64,000 bases of DNA from positions 8,645 through 72,644 of the forward strand of contig NW_021834674.1 in assembly GCF_006345805.1 (NCBI RefSeq), given 5' to 3'. Positions 36,671 to 48,569 of the stretch are shown one piece after another. The translations under genes and the position numbers were made by a program. Positions within the stretch are counted from its first letter, which is position 1. Each line of letters opens with the position of its first letter. Origin of the DNA: Octopus sinensis (taxonomy: Eukaryota). The notes beneath the pieces were generated by a model. That model ran no database searches, had not been told where the DNA came from, and saw only the letters and a program-made list of their open reading frames with translations.

Positions 36671-39600
36671 TTATGGGTTCTGTTGTTTTTGGGTAATCCT
36701 GTATATGTTGGACTGAAAGCAGAGCTGAGGCGATTTTCTTCAAAGAATTGAATCTTTCAGGCAACGTCTCCCAGCGATTGAAGATGGCAACTGACTTCTC
36801 TAAGCTGCTTCTTTCAAGAGATTTTAGTAATTCCATAAATTTTTTCCCCATAATTCTGAAGTGGTTAATTCAATCATTTCCACTTCAAAACTATCCTGTA
36901 TATTTGTTTTTTAGCCAAAATGTGAGAGATTAAATGAGTTCGTTTTCAAATCCCTCAAAGTCGGGTTTGATGAGAAATGAAAATATAGGAACATCTGTTT
37001 CGAAATATTTATCTCACTTGGAAAATTCTTCTTTCAACGTTGCAATATATTTTTGAAGTTCGTTTTTATTAAATATTAAATCGATTTGAATAAGCTTTTA
37101 CATTTGGAAAGTATTTTTATGTATTGCTAAGTTTATCACGCCAAAAAAATCTGATTTTAACAAAATCCTTTCCAATATTCAAAAACATCAAGTACTGTTT
37201 GACCTCTCTCTTGTAAATGCAAATTTTAATCATTCAAGTGACTGTCAGTTAGAAGCATCAGTTTAAATAAACCGTCTTCGTTGTTCAATTCTGGCAACTG
37301 TTTCCTTTCAAGAAATATTCTTCTAAGCATGATACAAATCTGTTCAAAACATTACCCCGACAAAGCCAACGGACTGTAAGGACCGTGCGATGCGAGTTGA
37401 CAAGAATGGCTCTTTAGTACCACATCACACAGCCCTTACAATAAAGAGAAAATTGATAGTACCATCTATTTGCCAGATGGATAAAGGAGACAACCGCGTA
37501 GAATGATTAAAAGAAGATTTATTGATATGTTAACAGATGTGTCTGTGTGTGCATCATGTATACTGAACGATAGACAGGCCGTCATGAGAACAGAATGTAT
37601 GCGTATGGGTTCATAGATGTAGGAGACAATTAGAGGTATATGTTGAACGTGATGTCGTGGCTGTGATGCTGCTGCCTGGGTAACTTGTACAGGAATTCAT
37701 ACTGGTTGTATATTTGTTGTTGACCCATGATGAAGTAATTCACGAACAGTGAAGTGTTGGAACCTGGGTGCATCGCTTGCAGAGCTGTGTACGTAGAGAG
37801 ATGATGTTGAAGACGTTAAGGACATGGTGATAGCGACGAAGATGGAGGTTGTTGGAATGCTGTTGGACAAAGTTGGTAAGTCTCTGGAACTGGCTGTGTC
37901 TTTGTGGTCAGAGGCTAGTCCTTAAAAGGTCTGGAACCAAAAGACGAAAGGAGAAAAGGGGGAGCGTTTATAAGGAGAAATAGGCCAAAACGGGGTAGAG
38001 AACAGGCTGACTCCGACTGGTTATACGCGGCAGTTTGGCGCGACAAATTGCGCCAATACCAACTAATCAGAGTAGTGGACAGAACGGGATCCAAATAGCG
38101 GCAAAAGGCTAGCTGTTCCGTGCTACTCTCGAATGCACGTATATATAATAAATGGGAGAGAGGAATTTTAACCGAGTCTACGCTGCAGGACTTTACTGTG
38201 AAGTGGGAAGTCTGCATATTCGCTGTCCAGTTCCTGCAGAAGAGACTTAAATTGTCTGTGAGTCAGTGAAGAGCAAGAAACCATGAAGTTAACTATTTTA
38301 ACAACAGTTTCCACGACAGAACTCAAGCTTTGTGACGAAAGTTTTGCAACTAAATTTTCCTGATGTACAATGCAATTAAAACACATTACACTGCGTGAAA
38401 TGTGATTTTCAAGACGCTTAATAAATCTTTTTTCCTTTCCACCCACTGCACGTGCACCACCAGTAGTAATACAAAATATTTTATTTGTATTAATGGCTTG
38501 ATTTTCGAAATAATTTAGAAATGCAGTCAGAATGTCCTGTCCTGTAGATGTATTGGTAAGAGGAATCAAACAACATGATTCTTCGTAAATACGATCATTG
38601 TCACAGCATCTTGCAACAATTGCTAGGTGCGCCATGTCATTCACTTGAGTACTTTCATCGATAGGGGTCACTGAATGCAGCAGCATCTTGTAATCTAACT
38701 TTCTGTGTTATAATTATGTTTTCAGCTATATCAGTTACACGTCTCTCAACTGATCATGCAGAAGTTGGTATTTCTTGAATTCGAGACAGTATTTATTCAG
38801 CGTTTGCTTAATCACTGAACAAAAATTTTGCCCTTCTCAGAAAATCTTTTTTGATAAATTCTCCGACTGTTAAAGGTTTACCTTTCTCAGCTCTACATTG
38901 AGCAATTGTCTAACTACATTATTTGGCTTCATTGTTGGTTCCAAGCATTTGAACAAAAACAGGAGTGCTTTTATTGTAACTAGAAATAGCCCTTTTTATG
39001 ATTTGCCTTTTATCATCAGCGTTTTTAGACATAGTCTGGTGTCTAGTTTGATAGTGTCTTTGTACACTTGATGTACGACATACGACAAATTCACAGCAGA
39101 ACGCACACACAACTCGATTTTGTTGTACAAATCCATACTCAGTGCTCCAGAAATCTTGAAATGAACGAACGTCAAATTTTGGTCCTTTGTTATTCAATTT
39201 GGGGCACTATATATTGATAAGTGATATGACAGGTGTATAAACCCTTAAATTAGGTTCTACAAATAAAAATAACTAAATAAAATAATTAGAATAAAATAAA
39301 TAGTAAAAAAGAATGAAATTAATTTAATGAATTAATTTTTGTAATAATAAAATAATTAGATTAAAATAAATTATATGAATAAACAAAAAAATATATACCC
39401 AAAAGATCAGACAACTTGACTCCCGAAGGAGAAATTGAAACCTAAGAAAATAACTATAATTTTTAACTTTTCATGTTTATTTCCTTTTGAAAACCCTACT
39501 CGTTACCGCTTTTTCTTCCCAAAATGTGAGAATAATTTTAAAAGCGTCTACTTATAGACGACCCGCAATGTAGCAGCCGATTTTAAAGAGTGTCTTTATT

Positions 39601-40039
39601 TAGACTGGCTGCTGTAAAGTGGTCAACCAAGTTTAACATAGTATGATCTGCACTGCTACATATACAGCCGAGTTCGAAACAACAAGCGTTCGCACCTCTA
39701 GCTCCCGGCTTCAGTAATAAAGTCCATAGAAATGCTTTCAGCACCAGCTTACAGACAAATTAATTGTGCTAACATTCATAATTTCGTATCAAAATTGTGT
39801 TCAGTAGTACTATATTTTTAAGGAAATGTAATACTACCAAATACAACTAACTTCAGATAGTTTAGGCTAGAATAGATGGATCGTAAAAAAGATATGTAAA
39901 TTAATTATTATGATGTCGCTTCCTCAGAGTTAGTTATAAATAAAATTTTACTTTTATTTTTTGCCAAGTGGTGTGCATGCCATTGTGAATTGTTCCGCGT
40001 GCTACACATGACACGCGTGCCACAGGTTACAGACACCTG
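36670..40039 (-). mobile_element. Decayed hAT (Charlie/Buster) transposon with its 3' end missing
   Basis: 5' TIR CAGGTGTCTGTAACCTGTGGCACGCGTG next to a GTCTAGAC target. BED-like RSFQDFWSTEYGFV...CAFC...RHYQTRH; catalytic DEST, CIVHQENL and KV|RWLCRG; C-terminal WETLPERFNSLKKIASALLS. Confidence 0.9.
37375..38187. mobile_element. Solo LTR of 813 bp with 4-bp TSD GGAC
   Basis: ggac|TGTAAGG...GCTGCA|ggac. Removing it restores the transposase motif LHSKV-RWLCRG. The minus strand has a TATA-like cttataaa (about 37970) and AATAAA (about 37520). Confidence 0.88.
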
Positions 40040-40047
40040 GTCTAGAC

Positions 40048-42420
40048 ACTCCAAGGAAAACCTCCAGACGTCTGAAGATGTTCAGCTATCCTGAACGTGT
40101 CGAGGCATAAACAGCCACCAGACTGAGGACACCTCCGTTACTACTGTTCACGACGTCCAGGACCACCAACTTACCTTCTGGGTCCAGGAAGATAATCTTT
40201 GTGTTGAGATCCAGGCGTCTCTGGGACAACACTGCCATTCCACCCCGCACCCCTCATTCCCGTTTGACATGGAAATAAATATCAGGCTGAGTAAAAAGTA
40301 AGCAACGTTTTGAAACATGAAATTCATCACAATGTATTCCACCAATGCGGAAATTTTATTCATCAAAGTCTGTACCATTAATATAAACACATTTTTGCCA
40401 ATGAGTTACAAAGTTTGTTTATTCCGTTAACATAAAAATCTGGAGTTCTGGAGTTGATGGACTCTTTGAACGCGCTTTCAGCATCGGTTTGATTTTTCAA
40501 CTCCTTCTCTCGAGGAAACTATAAAGATACTTGAAAAAGTGGTAGTCGTTGGGAGAAAGGTCTTGGGAATAGGCTGAGTAGGGAATATCTTCGTAGCCAG
40601 ATTCCCTAAACCTCTGGCGCGTCATTAGTGAAACGTGTGGTCGAGTATTGTCATGAAGAATGATTGGCCCTCTTCTGTTGACCAGTCTGAGACAGAGGAG
40701 TAGCAGTTTTTCGTTCATATTGGCAATTTCTTGGTAATATGTTTCTGCAGTAATGGATTTTCTGGGTTTTAATAAGTTATAGTGGATGATTCCAACAGCA
40801 CATCACTAAATAATCACCATAATCTCTTTTTTGAAGAGATCGAGTTTAGGGAAGCTTTTCGGTGCTTCATTTGGGTCCATCCACTGCGAAAAACATTTTC
40901 TATTATTATACAGAATCTACTTTTCATCGCAAATACGGTCAAGAATTGGATCGGTCTGGTTTCGGCGAAGAAGTGACGAGCACATTTCATAAGTTCACAT
41001 TTTCTGATTTTCATTCAAATGGTGAGGTACTCATTTGTCGAGCTTTTCTGATTTTTCGATCGCATGCAAATGGATTCAGGCATTTTCTGGCTTACTTGAA
41101 GTTCTTTGCCAGTTCTCGAGTGGTTTTACGTGGGTCTTTCTCAATGACAATCTTCAGTTGACCGTCATACGATGACAGACGGGCGTCCACTACGCTCAAG
41201 ATCTTCAGGTTTCCACTGCTAAATCGTTTAAGCCATTTTCAAACTGACCACTCACTGGTCATTTCCTCACCAAACGTTTCGTTGACATCGTGAGCAGTTT
41301 AGGCTGCTTTACATCCTTTTTTGATGTTGAATAGCAAAATTGCTCGAATATCGCGCTTTGACAGTTGCATTTCAGATGATTGCAACAACGGTGAAAAAAT
41401 ATCAATGTTACTTTATTGATGCATTTGGGAAAGTCTATGTCTGAATTGTCTGTGTGTTTTGGGTTCTGTTTCTTTTTCTTTTGTGTGTTCAGGCGACTAC
41501 TTGCCATTTTTGTCTTTCGTCGTCCCTATCCGCGCAAGGTATGTCTGAGTGCTCCGAACAGGGGAGGGGCAAATCTTGTAGAGCTTTTTGGCGTTGTCCT
41601 ATTCATAACGTTGTTGCCTTTTTGGTGGCGGGGACCGGGGTTGATGCTGTTGTTTTTGCTGCTGCCCGTGCTGCTGTGATTAGTGTTGCTGCTACTGTTA
41701 CAATTGATTTTGTAGCCGCGATCGTCACCTGCCTCTGTTGGTGCTGTTGCTATTGTTGTTATTGTTGCTGTGGTGGTGGTGTTGATGATGTTGGCAAAAT
41801 TGAGAGGCTCCTTTCTCTAATTTGTTGTGGGCAATAGAAGAATTTTAGATGATTTGTGTCCCCACACAGATGATACCGAAACCATCAGCTTTCAAAGGCC
41901 ACGTGGAGGTTGGTGCCACCGTGTGAATTTATGATATCTGGAATTGTGTCCAGATTTTGGCTGTCCATTTTCACCCACAATTTTAGGCCTTGACCCGAAT
42001 AGTTTTGTTAGTAAAGTTTCCGCATCTGTAAGATGCTCGTTTTGACCTATATGTCCAAGAGGACATCTACCAGCAAGAATCAGCCGTCTATTTCTGGTGG
42101 TGTGTCTTCTTTTTTAGGGTCAAAGTAGATTGATTCCTTGCCTCCTCTTCATTTTTCTGTTATGTTTTTGTTGGTGCTGATGGTTGTGATGCTGTTGTTG
42201 TTGTTGCTACAACTACTGCTGCTGCTGCTGTCTTTGCTTTGTTTCTCAAAAATATTAACAAGCGGAGGTGACAAAATGTCAAAACGGATGATGTAAGAAC
42301 CTTTACTTGCCTCGATTTGGGAAGCCAGACTGAACTTTTTCTTTTTAAAATATAAATTTGTAGTTTTTAAAACTCAAAATTCGCCTTTAAGGGGCGAATT
42401 CTGGCCACCGCAGCTAGCCC
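40048..42420 (-). mobile_element. L1/Tx1-like LINE remnant (ORF1 zinc-knuckle-like segment and APE fragment) split by a mariner element
   Basis: Minus 40270-40048 reads GGMAVL...KIIFLDPEGKLVVLDV...LVAVYAST...FRRLEVFLG (APE). About 41870-41820 reads YHLCGDTNHLKFFYCP (degenerate CCHC). Confidence 0.65.
40282..41425 (-). pseudogene. Decayed mariner transposon (SETMAR/Hsmar-like transposase)
   Basis: LVNRRGPIILHDNTRPHVS...YSQDLSPNDYHFFK. Left end is ta|tcaggctgagtaaaaagtaa; the right end is degraded and its coordinate is approximate. Confidence 0.88.
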
Positions 42421-42544
42421 CGCTTACAGCGAGGTGGGTTCTGTGGTCAATAAAATTTTGAAAACAACATTGTAACAACAAATTCTAAAGAAAACTTAGA
42501 GCTCCGAACAACTAGTCTCCAAAACCGACACAAATAATAATAAT

Positions 42545-42735
42545 AACAATAAAGAAATGGAGAAACTTTCAAAATACAAAGACCTGGAGATAGAGGTAAC
42601 TCGAACGAGGAATCTAAAAACAGAAACAATTCCTATCATAGTAAGTGCATTAGGCATGATAAAAAATTATTCACACAAATACATAACAAAAACACCAGGA
42701 TTTACAAACACATATAACATACAGAAAATTGCATT
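42545..42735 (+). mobile_element. Second Dong/R4-clade endonuclease fragment, following (TAA)n
   Basis: EKLSKYKDLEIEVTRTRNLKTETIPIIVSALGMIK...IQKIALL, homologous to 17848-18108. Confidence 0.75.
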
Positions 42736-43906
42736 GTTGAATTATTCTTTTAGATCAGTATTTCTCAACGAGGATATCAGAGGAGAGTTTCAGGGAGTCG
42801 CTGGCGATGTATCGTGATGATCAAAAATCCAACCTGCTAAAATTTGGTTAGTGATTCAAACTGCAGACTCAACGCAAAATGGTCACATTTAATTCAAAGC
42901 GTTAAAAATGGTATGAAAACAATTGGTATGAGTTCACAAAGTCCAAACGATTAATAGGGAAAAACCTCCAGGCTACATCCCGAATATTCATTTCTTTGCC
43001 GAATTTCTACAATGTTTACGGCGATTCGTCTTGCTTTTTTATTTTTCATGCAATTTACGCATGCTTGCACGCGTGGTGAACACAGTTCACGTCAAACAGC
43101 TGACTGAGTAAAGTTCACTATTCAATGCATGGGAGAAGGCCTAAACAAACACATTATCGATTTTTGCACTTGCGAGATGAATTTCGGAACAGAAATAGCG
43201 CAGTTCAATTTTCATTCGCCTAAACTTTAAGTGACCTATGTTTGGTGGTTCTACGATTTGTTGGCTTGGAGGAGATGTGCCGGGAAGTAAAAGACACAGA
43301 CACACACACAGATACACAGATAGACACACAAGTTGAGTTTTATATATATAGATTTACGTTCATGCTTTATTCTTGTTTTCAGTAAAAAAAAAGTAAGTAA
43401 AATGAAATCATGATAGTTTATTTAAGGAAAAACTTTGTATGAACGCTTCTAAAACTGGGGTACAGGAGAAATCCTTTGATACAATACAGTTGCTTGTGGG
43501 GTCCCATCGGATTTAACGACCCAACCGGGTTTACAACCACTGCGTATTTAGGGTCTACGAAACTCATGGTTCGCTAGTTTTGTATATATATATATTAGAC
43601 CCCCCTCCGAGTATGGTTACAGATGTGTGTAGGAGTGCGTTTGTGTTTGTGTGTGTGAGTTTGGTGTTTTCTTTGATATTATTACGCGTTAAAGCTATAA
43701 TATTTTTATAAATTTCTTCACACTAATTTGTCGAAATTTAATTTTTTAGCTTTAAATATCCAATCATGAAAACAAAAATATATTTGTCATGTGGAACAGG
43801 GGTGAATTTTAGTTCCTTCAGAGAATCTGCAATTTGAAGTTAATAACATTGAAATCTCTGACATTTCCTATTTTCTTCTTTTACAGATAAATCTACGCCT
43901 GGCAAT

Positions 43907-44097
43907 ATGTTTCACCACGTAGTATCATATAGACGGTCTCTTGTGTTGATACTGTGTACGATATTGTTTTTGGAGACTCAAGCTGATTCAGATATATGCA
44001 AGATATGTACTTGCAATTCACTTACAACAAATATAGATTGTGTACATCGCAATTTACCATCGATTCCACAACCAATTCCGACGAATGTTGAATATTT
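43907..44097 (+). CDS. First coding exon of an extracellular LRR protein: signal peptide + LRRNT cap
   Basis: MFHHVVSYRRSLVLILCTILFLETQADSDICKICTCNSLTTNIDCVHRNLPSIPQPIPTNVEY(L). It has a hydrophobic leader and a C-x2-C-x-C...C...L..IP..IP cap. Acceptor ttttcttcttttacag at 43886; donor tt|gtaagt (phase 2). Confidence 0.9.
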
Positions 44098-44554
44098 GTA
44101 AGTATTTGACACTTTCTACGTATTTTCCACATCCAATATTTTAAATTCTCATTGATTATGTTCTCAGCTAATCGCTTATGCTGTTTATCTCACAGCTTTA
44201 AGCACAATCTTATGTTAGAGTAAAGCAAATCGATATGTTACCTGCTGTGAAGTCAAATAAACTGTTACTTACCATATTGAATTTATAATATATAACATCG
44301 CATACACAGAGATTGGCTATGACTAGTATCTGACTTTGATTTCATTTGTCTGAACTTATCAAATCTTACGGTATATTCAATGAACGGACAGTATAAAAAC
44401 TTTAGTGCTAAGAAAACGTGTATTCCACATAGTTATATTATATCATTAATTAGTTGAATTGTTACTTATTGTTACAGTAATATGATATAATATCAGTTGA
44501 TCGTGTCACAGAATAATTGTTAATTATTGTTTGTGTTAATTTTATAATAGAATA

Positions 44555-44760
44555 TGCAGCGAGCTATCAGAATCGTTGTGCACGCCAGACAAAATGTTGA
44601 GCGGTATTTCGTTCGTCTTTACGTTTCGATTTTAAATTCTGTCGAGGTTGACTTTGCTTTTCATTCTTTTGGAGTCGGTAAAATAATTAGCAATTTATCT
44701 CTGAGATCAATGTAAAGGACTTGTCCCTTTCCCAAAATTTCAGGTTTGTTCCTATAGAAG
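44555..44760 (+). mobile_element. Diverged intronic SINE
   Basis: gcagcgagctatcagaatcgttgtgcacgcc...tctgtcgaggttgactttgcttttcattc, similar to the 10085-10290 family. Confidence 0.6.
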
Positions 44761-46429
44761 AAATTATTATTTTTATAATTAAAAATGATACAGATGGATT
44801 AAACAGCAGATAATGACGAGATCCGCTTAAATTGCCAAATTCTTAAAATACCTAAGTGAAGAAATCAAAATAGTGTTGTTTTAACAAATTATGAGGAATT
44901 TATTTTTGATAGAATGTCATCAGTAAAATTTACCCTATCACGAACACAATAAAACTTATTACAAAATTATGCAAGCTTAATTGAAGTTTCGGCTGATTGA
45001 TGTATCCCCGTTCACCTGAAAATTTACGTAATTTTTAAGTAAATTATTAAAATTTAACGTCTCAAGAAATGGAATAGAATAAAAAAGAGTAATTATTTGA
45101 TACATGCAATCATAACAAATACTCTGTTGCAACACATTGCTCTTCCAGGTGATTACTTCCAGTTAATTGGCTTGCATCATTGCATTAATCACCTTAAACT
45201 TTCAGTTTTAATCAAATATTCTAATACTAAAGTGGATCAATTCATTCGATCAGATCTATTTCTCAAAACATTTGGAACGTTTTGACAAAATGAGAAATCC
45301 TAATGTAAAATAAAGAGAAAAGTTTCAATAATGGAATTCCTAAATCTCGTATAACTCAAGATGTTGAATAGTAAAGTTGAAGTTCTATTTAATAAGTTAG
45401 ATATTTTCATCGTTCATAACTTGAGCGAGGATAGGCACAAATCTTTTGACCGTCTAGCAGAATACATTGCGTTCTGACACACGGCAATCTGACTTCAAGT
45501 CCCGCCAAGGTCAACCTTGGGTCATTCATTTCAGAGATCAATAAAGAACCATAACAGTTCAATGAACAAATGCAACTATGAGGACCTCGAATAAGACACC
45601 TTGCAGTATATTGTCCACTTTTTATTTTACCGATTTTGGAGAAAGGATCATACAAGTTTTTTAACCCCTGCAAGATCTCCAATACTTGTGAGACACATAT
45701 CATTAATATTCCGTTTGAGCTGTTGCAGGTTAACCTTTACAGGAATGATTAACAGGGATGCTATTTAGGGGATGAAGGATTTAGCATAGATGGCTAATAA
45801 TGGTAACAAACTGAGGTTTAATACAGCAAGAGTAAGGAGTAACGGGCTAAAAAAAGACGAAAAAACTAAGGCAATGTATGTTGCCACATCCCTTTTTTAA
45901 ATAACACCCTTAACCAGTTAAATCACCATGTAAGGTTGTTCTCCTTTGTAGCACATAACTCAAAATTATATCAGGGTTTCCCCACTCTACCATCACCAAT
46001 TCTATTAATAAATCCCTTTCTATTTCTGTTATGTTTTCCTTCCTAGTCTATTATTTCAGTCTTGAAGTTTTAGGGGTTTATTTATTTTTGTGAAGAACTT
46101 TTATGCATCAATTATGCAAAGGAGAGGAGTTTACTTTTGCAAAGATAAATTACTTTTGACAGCAAAGTGTAATAACAAATAGAATGCTCATTGGACAGAA
46201 ACAAGATATTTATAAATAAAGCTGACTTCTGAGATGATAAAAATATCTTCCACTGAAAACTGATGTTGCAACGAAGGCTTTGTAAATCTAATTCAAATCA
46301 CAAATATTTTGAACATCCATTCTTTTCTCATATTTTACATGCATGTGTGTTTTTCATTCATACTTTACGTGGTGACTTAAATCTGTTTTATATCTTATAT
46401 AATAAAATATACGAAAATACAAACAGAAC

Positions 46430-47175
46430 CTTCGTGAAGACGAAAAGAAAGCCTTACAAACTGCAAATTGACAATTTAATCATCCTAAACGAAACCGATT
46501 GGGGAAGGGTGATAGCAGTCACGGACCAAGACTACTATAAAGATAAAATATTGGAAACAGACTAATCCTGCTACAAGGAAGAACCAAGACACGCGGAGAA
46601 AGTAATAATGAATACACCCAAAATTAAGATAAATGAATACCAACGTTCGTTCACAGATAAAGAGAAAGATTATTTATGCAGCTCTGTAATGAAAGAGAGT
46701 AATTTCTATGGATCACCCAAGATCTGCGAATGCTCCAAAATGCAAGGATCAGCATATAAAAATACTAAGACCTACGGACATCAAATTGAGACCAACAGTT
46801 GCTGGACCTTGAGCCCCAACACAACAACTGAGCCATCTTTTGGATATACTCCTCAAACCGTTGTGCCCATTAATGCCCAGCTATACCCGAGACGATATGG
46901 ATTTCATCAAACACATTCCACCCACTGTCCCAGAACGTACTATACTTAAAAGATTTTACTAATCTTTGTACAAATACATCACACTTTGGGCCTGGGAGCA
47001 ATGAAACACTGGGTAGAAAAACATAGCGGACGGATGGACGAACGCTTCAAAACGCATTTCCAAAGACACACGCCGGGAACTAGAAGACGACACCTTTAGA
47101 TTCGATAATAAGCTGTATCGACAGATAAAAGGACACCACTACGGGGACGAGGTTCACACACATACTCGCACCCAG
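46430..47175 (+). mobile_element. Penelope-like reverse transcriptase remnant in the first coding intron
   Basis: Frameshifted DQDYYKDKIL, SNFYGSPKI, KLRPTVAGP, LSHLLDILLKPL, and TFRFDNKLYRQIKGTTTGT (RT motif B). Confidence 0.8.
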
Positions 47176-47579
47176 AGGTAGATATACATATGTGTGTATA
47201 TTTCTGAGTGTATATGTGTGTATGTGCTTATATGTGCATACATGTGCGTGTATGTGTGTGGATGTGTGTGTTGGTACATAGAGAGGCGAAGCGGATACTC
47301 GAGGTTGTGCAAGTCAAGTAGGAAATAAACATGAAACGGCTGCCACGTTAAGATATTCTTCTCCTCCTGCTTCTTCTTCTTCTCCTTCTGCTTCTTCTTC
47401 TTCTTCTTCTTCTTCTTCTTCTTCTTCTTCTTCTTCTTCTTCTTCGTTATCTTTCTTCTTCTTTTTCTTCTTCGTTATCTTTCTTCTTTTTCTTCCTTTC
47501 ATTCTGAAGTCACAGTGTTTGATATCGTATCACAAATATTTTCCATATAATCTATTTTACTCTTTCTTTACTGCTATAG

Positions 47580-47651
47580 AACTCTGACATGGAACAGCAT
47601 TTCAACCATCAAAGAAGGTGCATTCACGGGGCTTTCAAATTTAAAAGAATT
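47580..47651 (+). CDS. LRR exon E1 (72 nt): (L)TLTWNSISTIKEGAFTGLSNLKE(L)
   Basis: ctgctatag|a...tt|gtaagt, phase 2-2, in frame with the LRRNT exon. A typical 24-residue LRR. Confidence 0.92.
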
Positions 47652-48569
47652 GTAAGTTCGTTCAGTTTCTTGATACTATTTTCCGAAAGTAATAATTGAT
47701 GCTGATATATAAGCTCACAAACGTATAAAATTTCAGACTGAACCAAACAAAATCAATTCAAATTTGTAGAATGAATACGATTTAGGAAGATACAAAGAGA
47801 ATATGAGAGAGCGAGACAATGTGAAAGAAAGAGAGAGAATTTGAGAGAGAAAGTGAAATAATAGGAAAAATATAATGTTCCTTTATTGTAGTTGCTTTGT
47901 TTCAATTCGCATCTCAATAACTCATTTTTGTTCCCCAAATTTCAATGATTTTGATATGAATTTGTATTAGAAATGGTAACGTTTGTGAGTTTACATGTTT
48001 GCATCAAATATTTTTAGCTGAAGTATATGTGTATGTTCATATATAAGTGTAGTTCTGTGTGAAATGTGACTATATTATTCCTTTATTTTATATTTTGCAT
48101 CCTCCTCCATTTCTTATTTCAATATTCTCCTTCGTGTTTCGATATTATCATTCAACTTCGAATTTTGTCATTCACTTCACGTTATTTATGTAATAGAGCA
48201 ACTGAAGTGGAAGCGGAAAATATATATTCGAATAATATAGTCACATACATTCTATCTGTAAACCTGAAATACTTACTGTACTTGTAAGCTGGAATATTTG
48301 GCCTGATACAATTAAACTGCTGATATATTTCTTGTAAGCGTGTGTTTTCTAATATTCTTGTGACAATGAAGCGATATGAAATAAATAATCTCTCTCACCA
48401 TATTTCCACAAGGGTGAGTGGGAATATGTGTGATGTGAGTGTGCATACCGCATTCCGTCGTTGATACTATGAATATAAGAATGCGTATGAGTGCATTTGA
48501 ATATGTTGATTTCTGATTCCGTATATTCCCTGATTTTTCAGCCATGTTTCTCGCCCAAGATTTATCGAT

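Noticed and set aside
42735-43545. Possible hAT MITE (cagtatttctcaac ... gtttacaaccactg) and a Helitron-like tail (acacacaagttgagttttatatatatagat, about 43300-43335)
   Set aside because: The TIR match is weak with no 8-bp TSD, and no 5' end or hairpin could be confirmed for the Helitron-like tail.
45715-45770. ttgcag|gttaacctttacaggaat (VNLYRN), a possible extra LRR exon
   Set aside because: Wrong phase, an immediate stop codon, and no donor at 72 nt.
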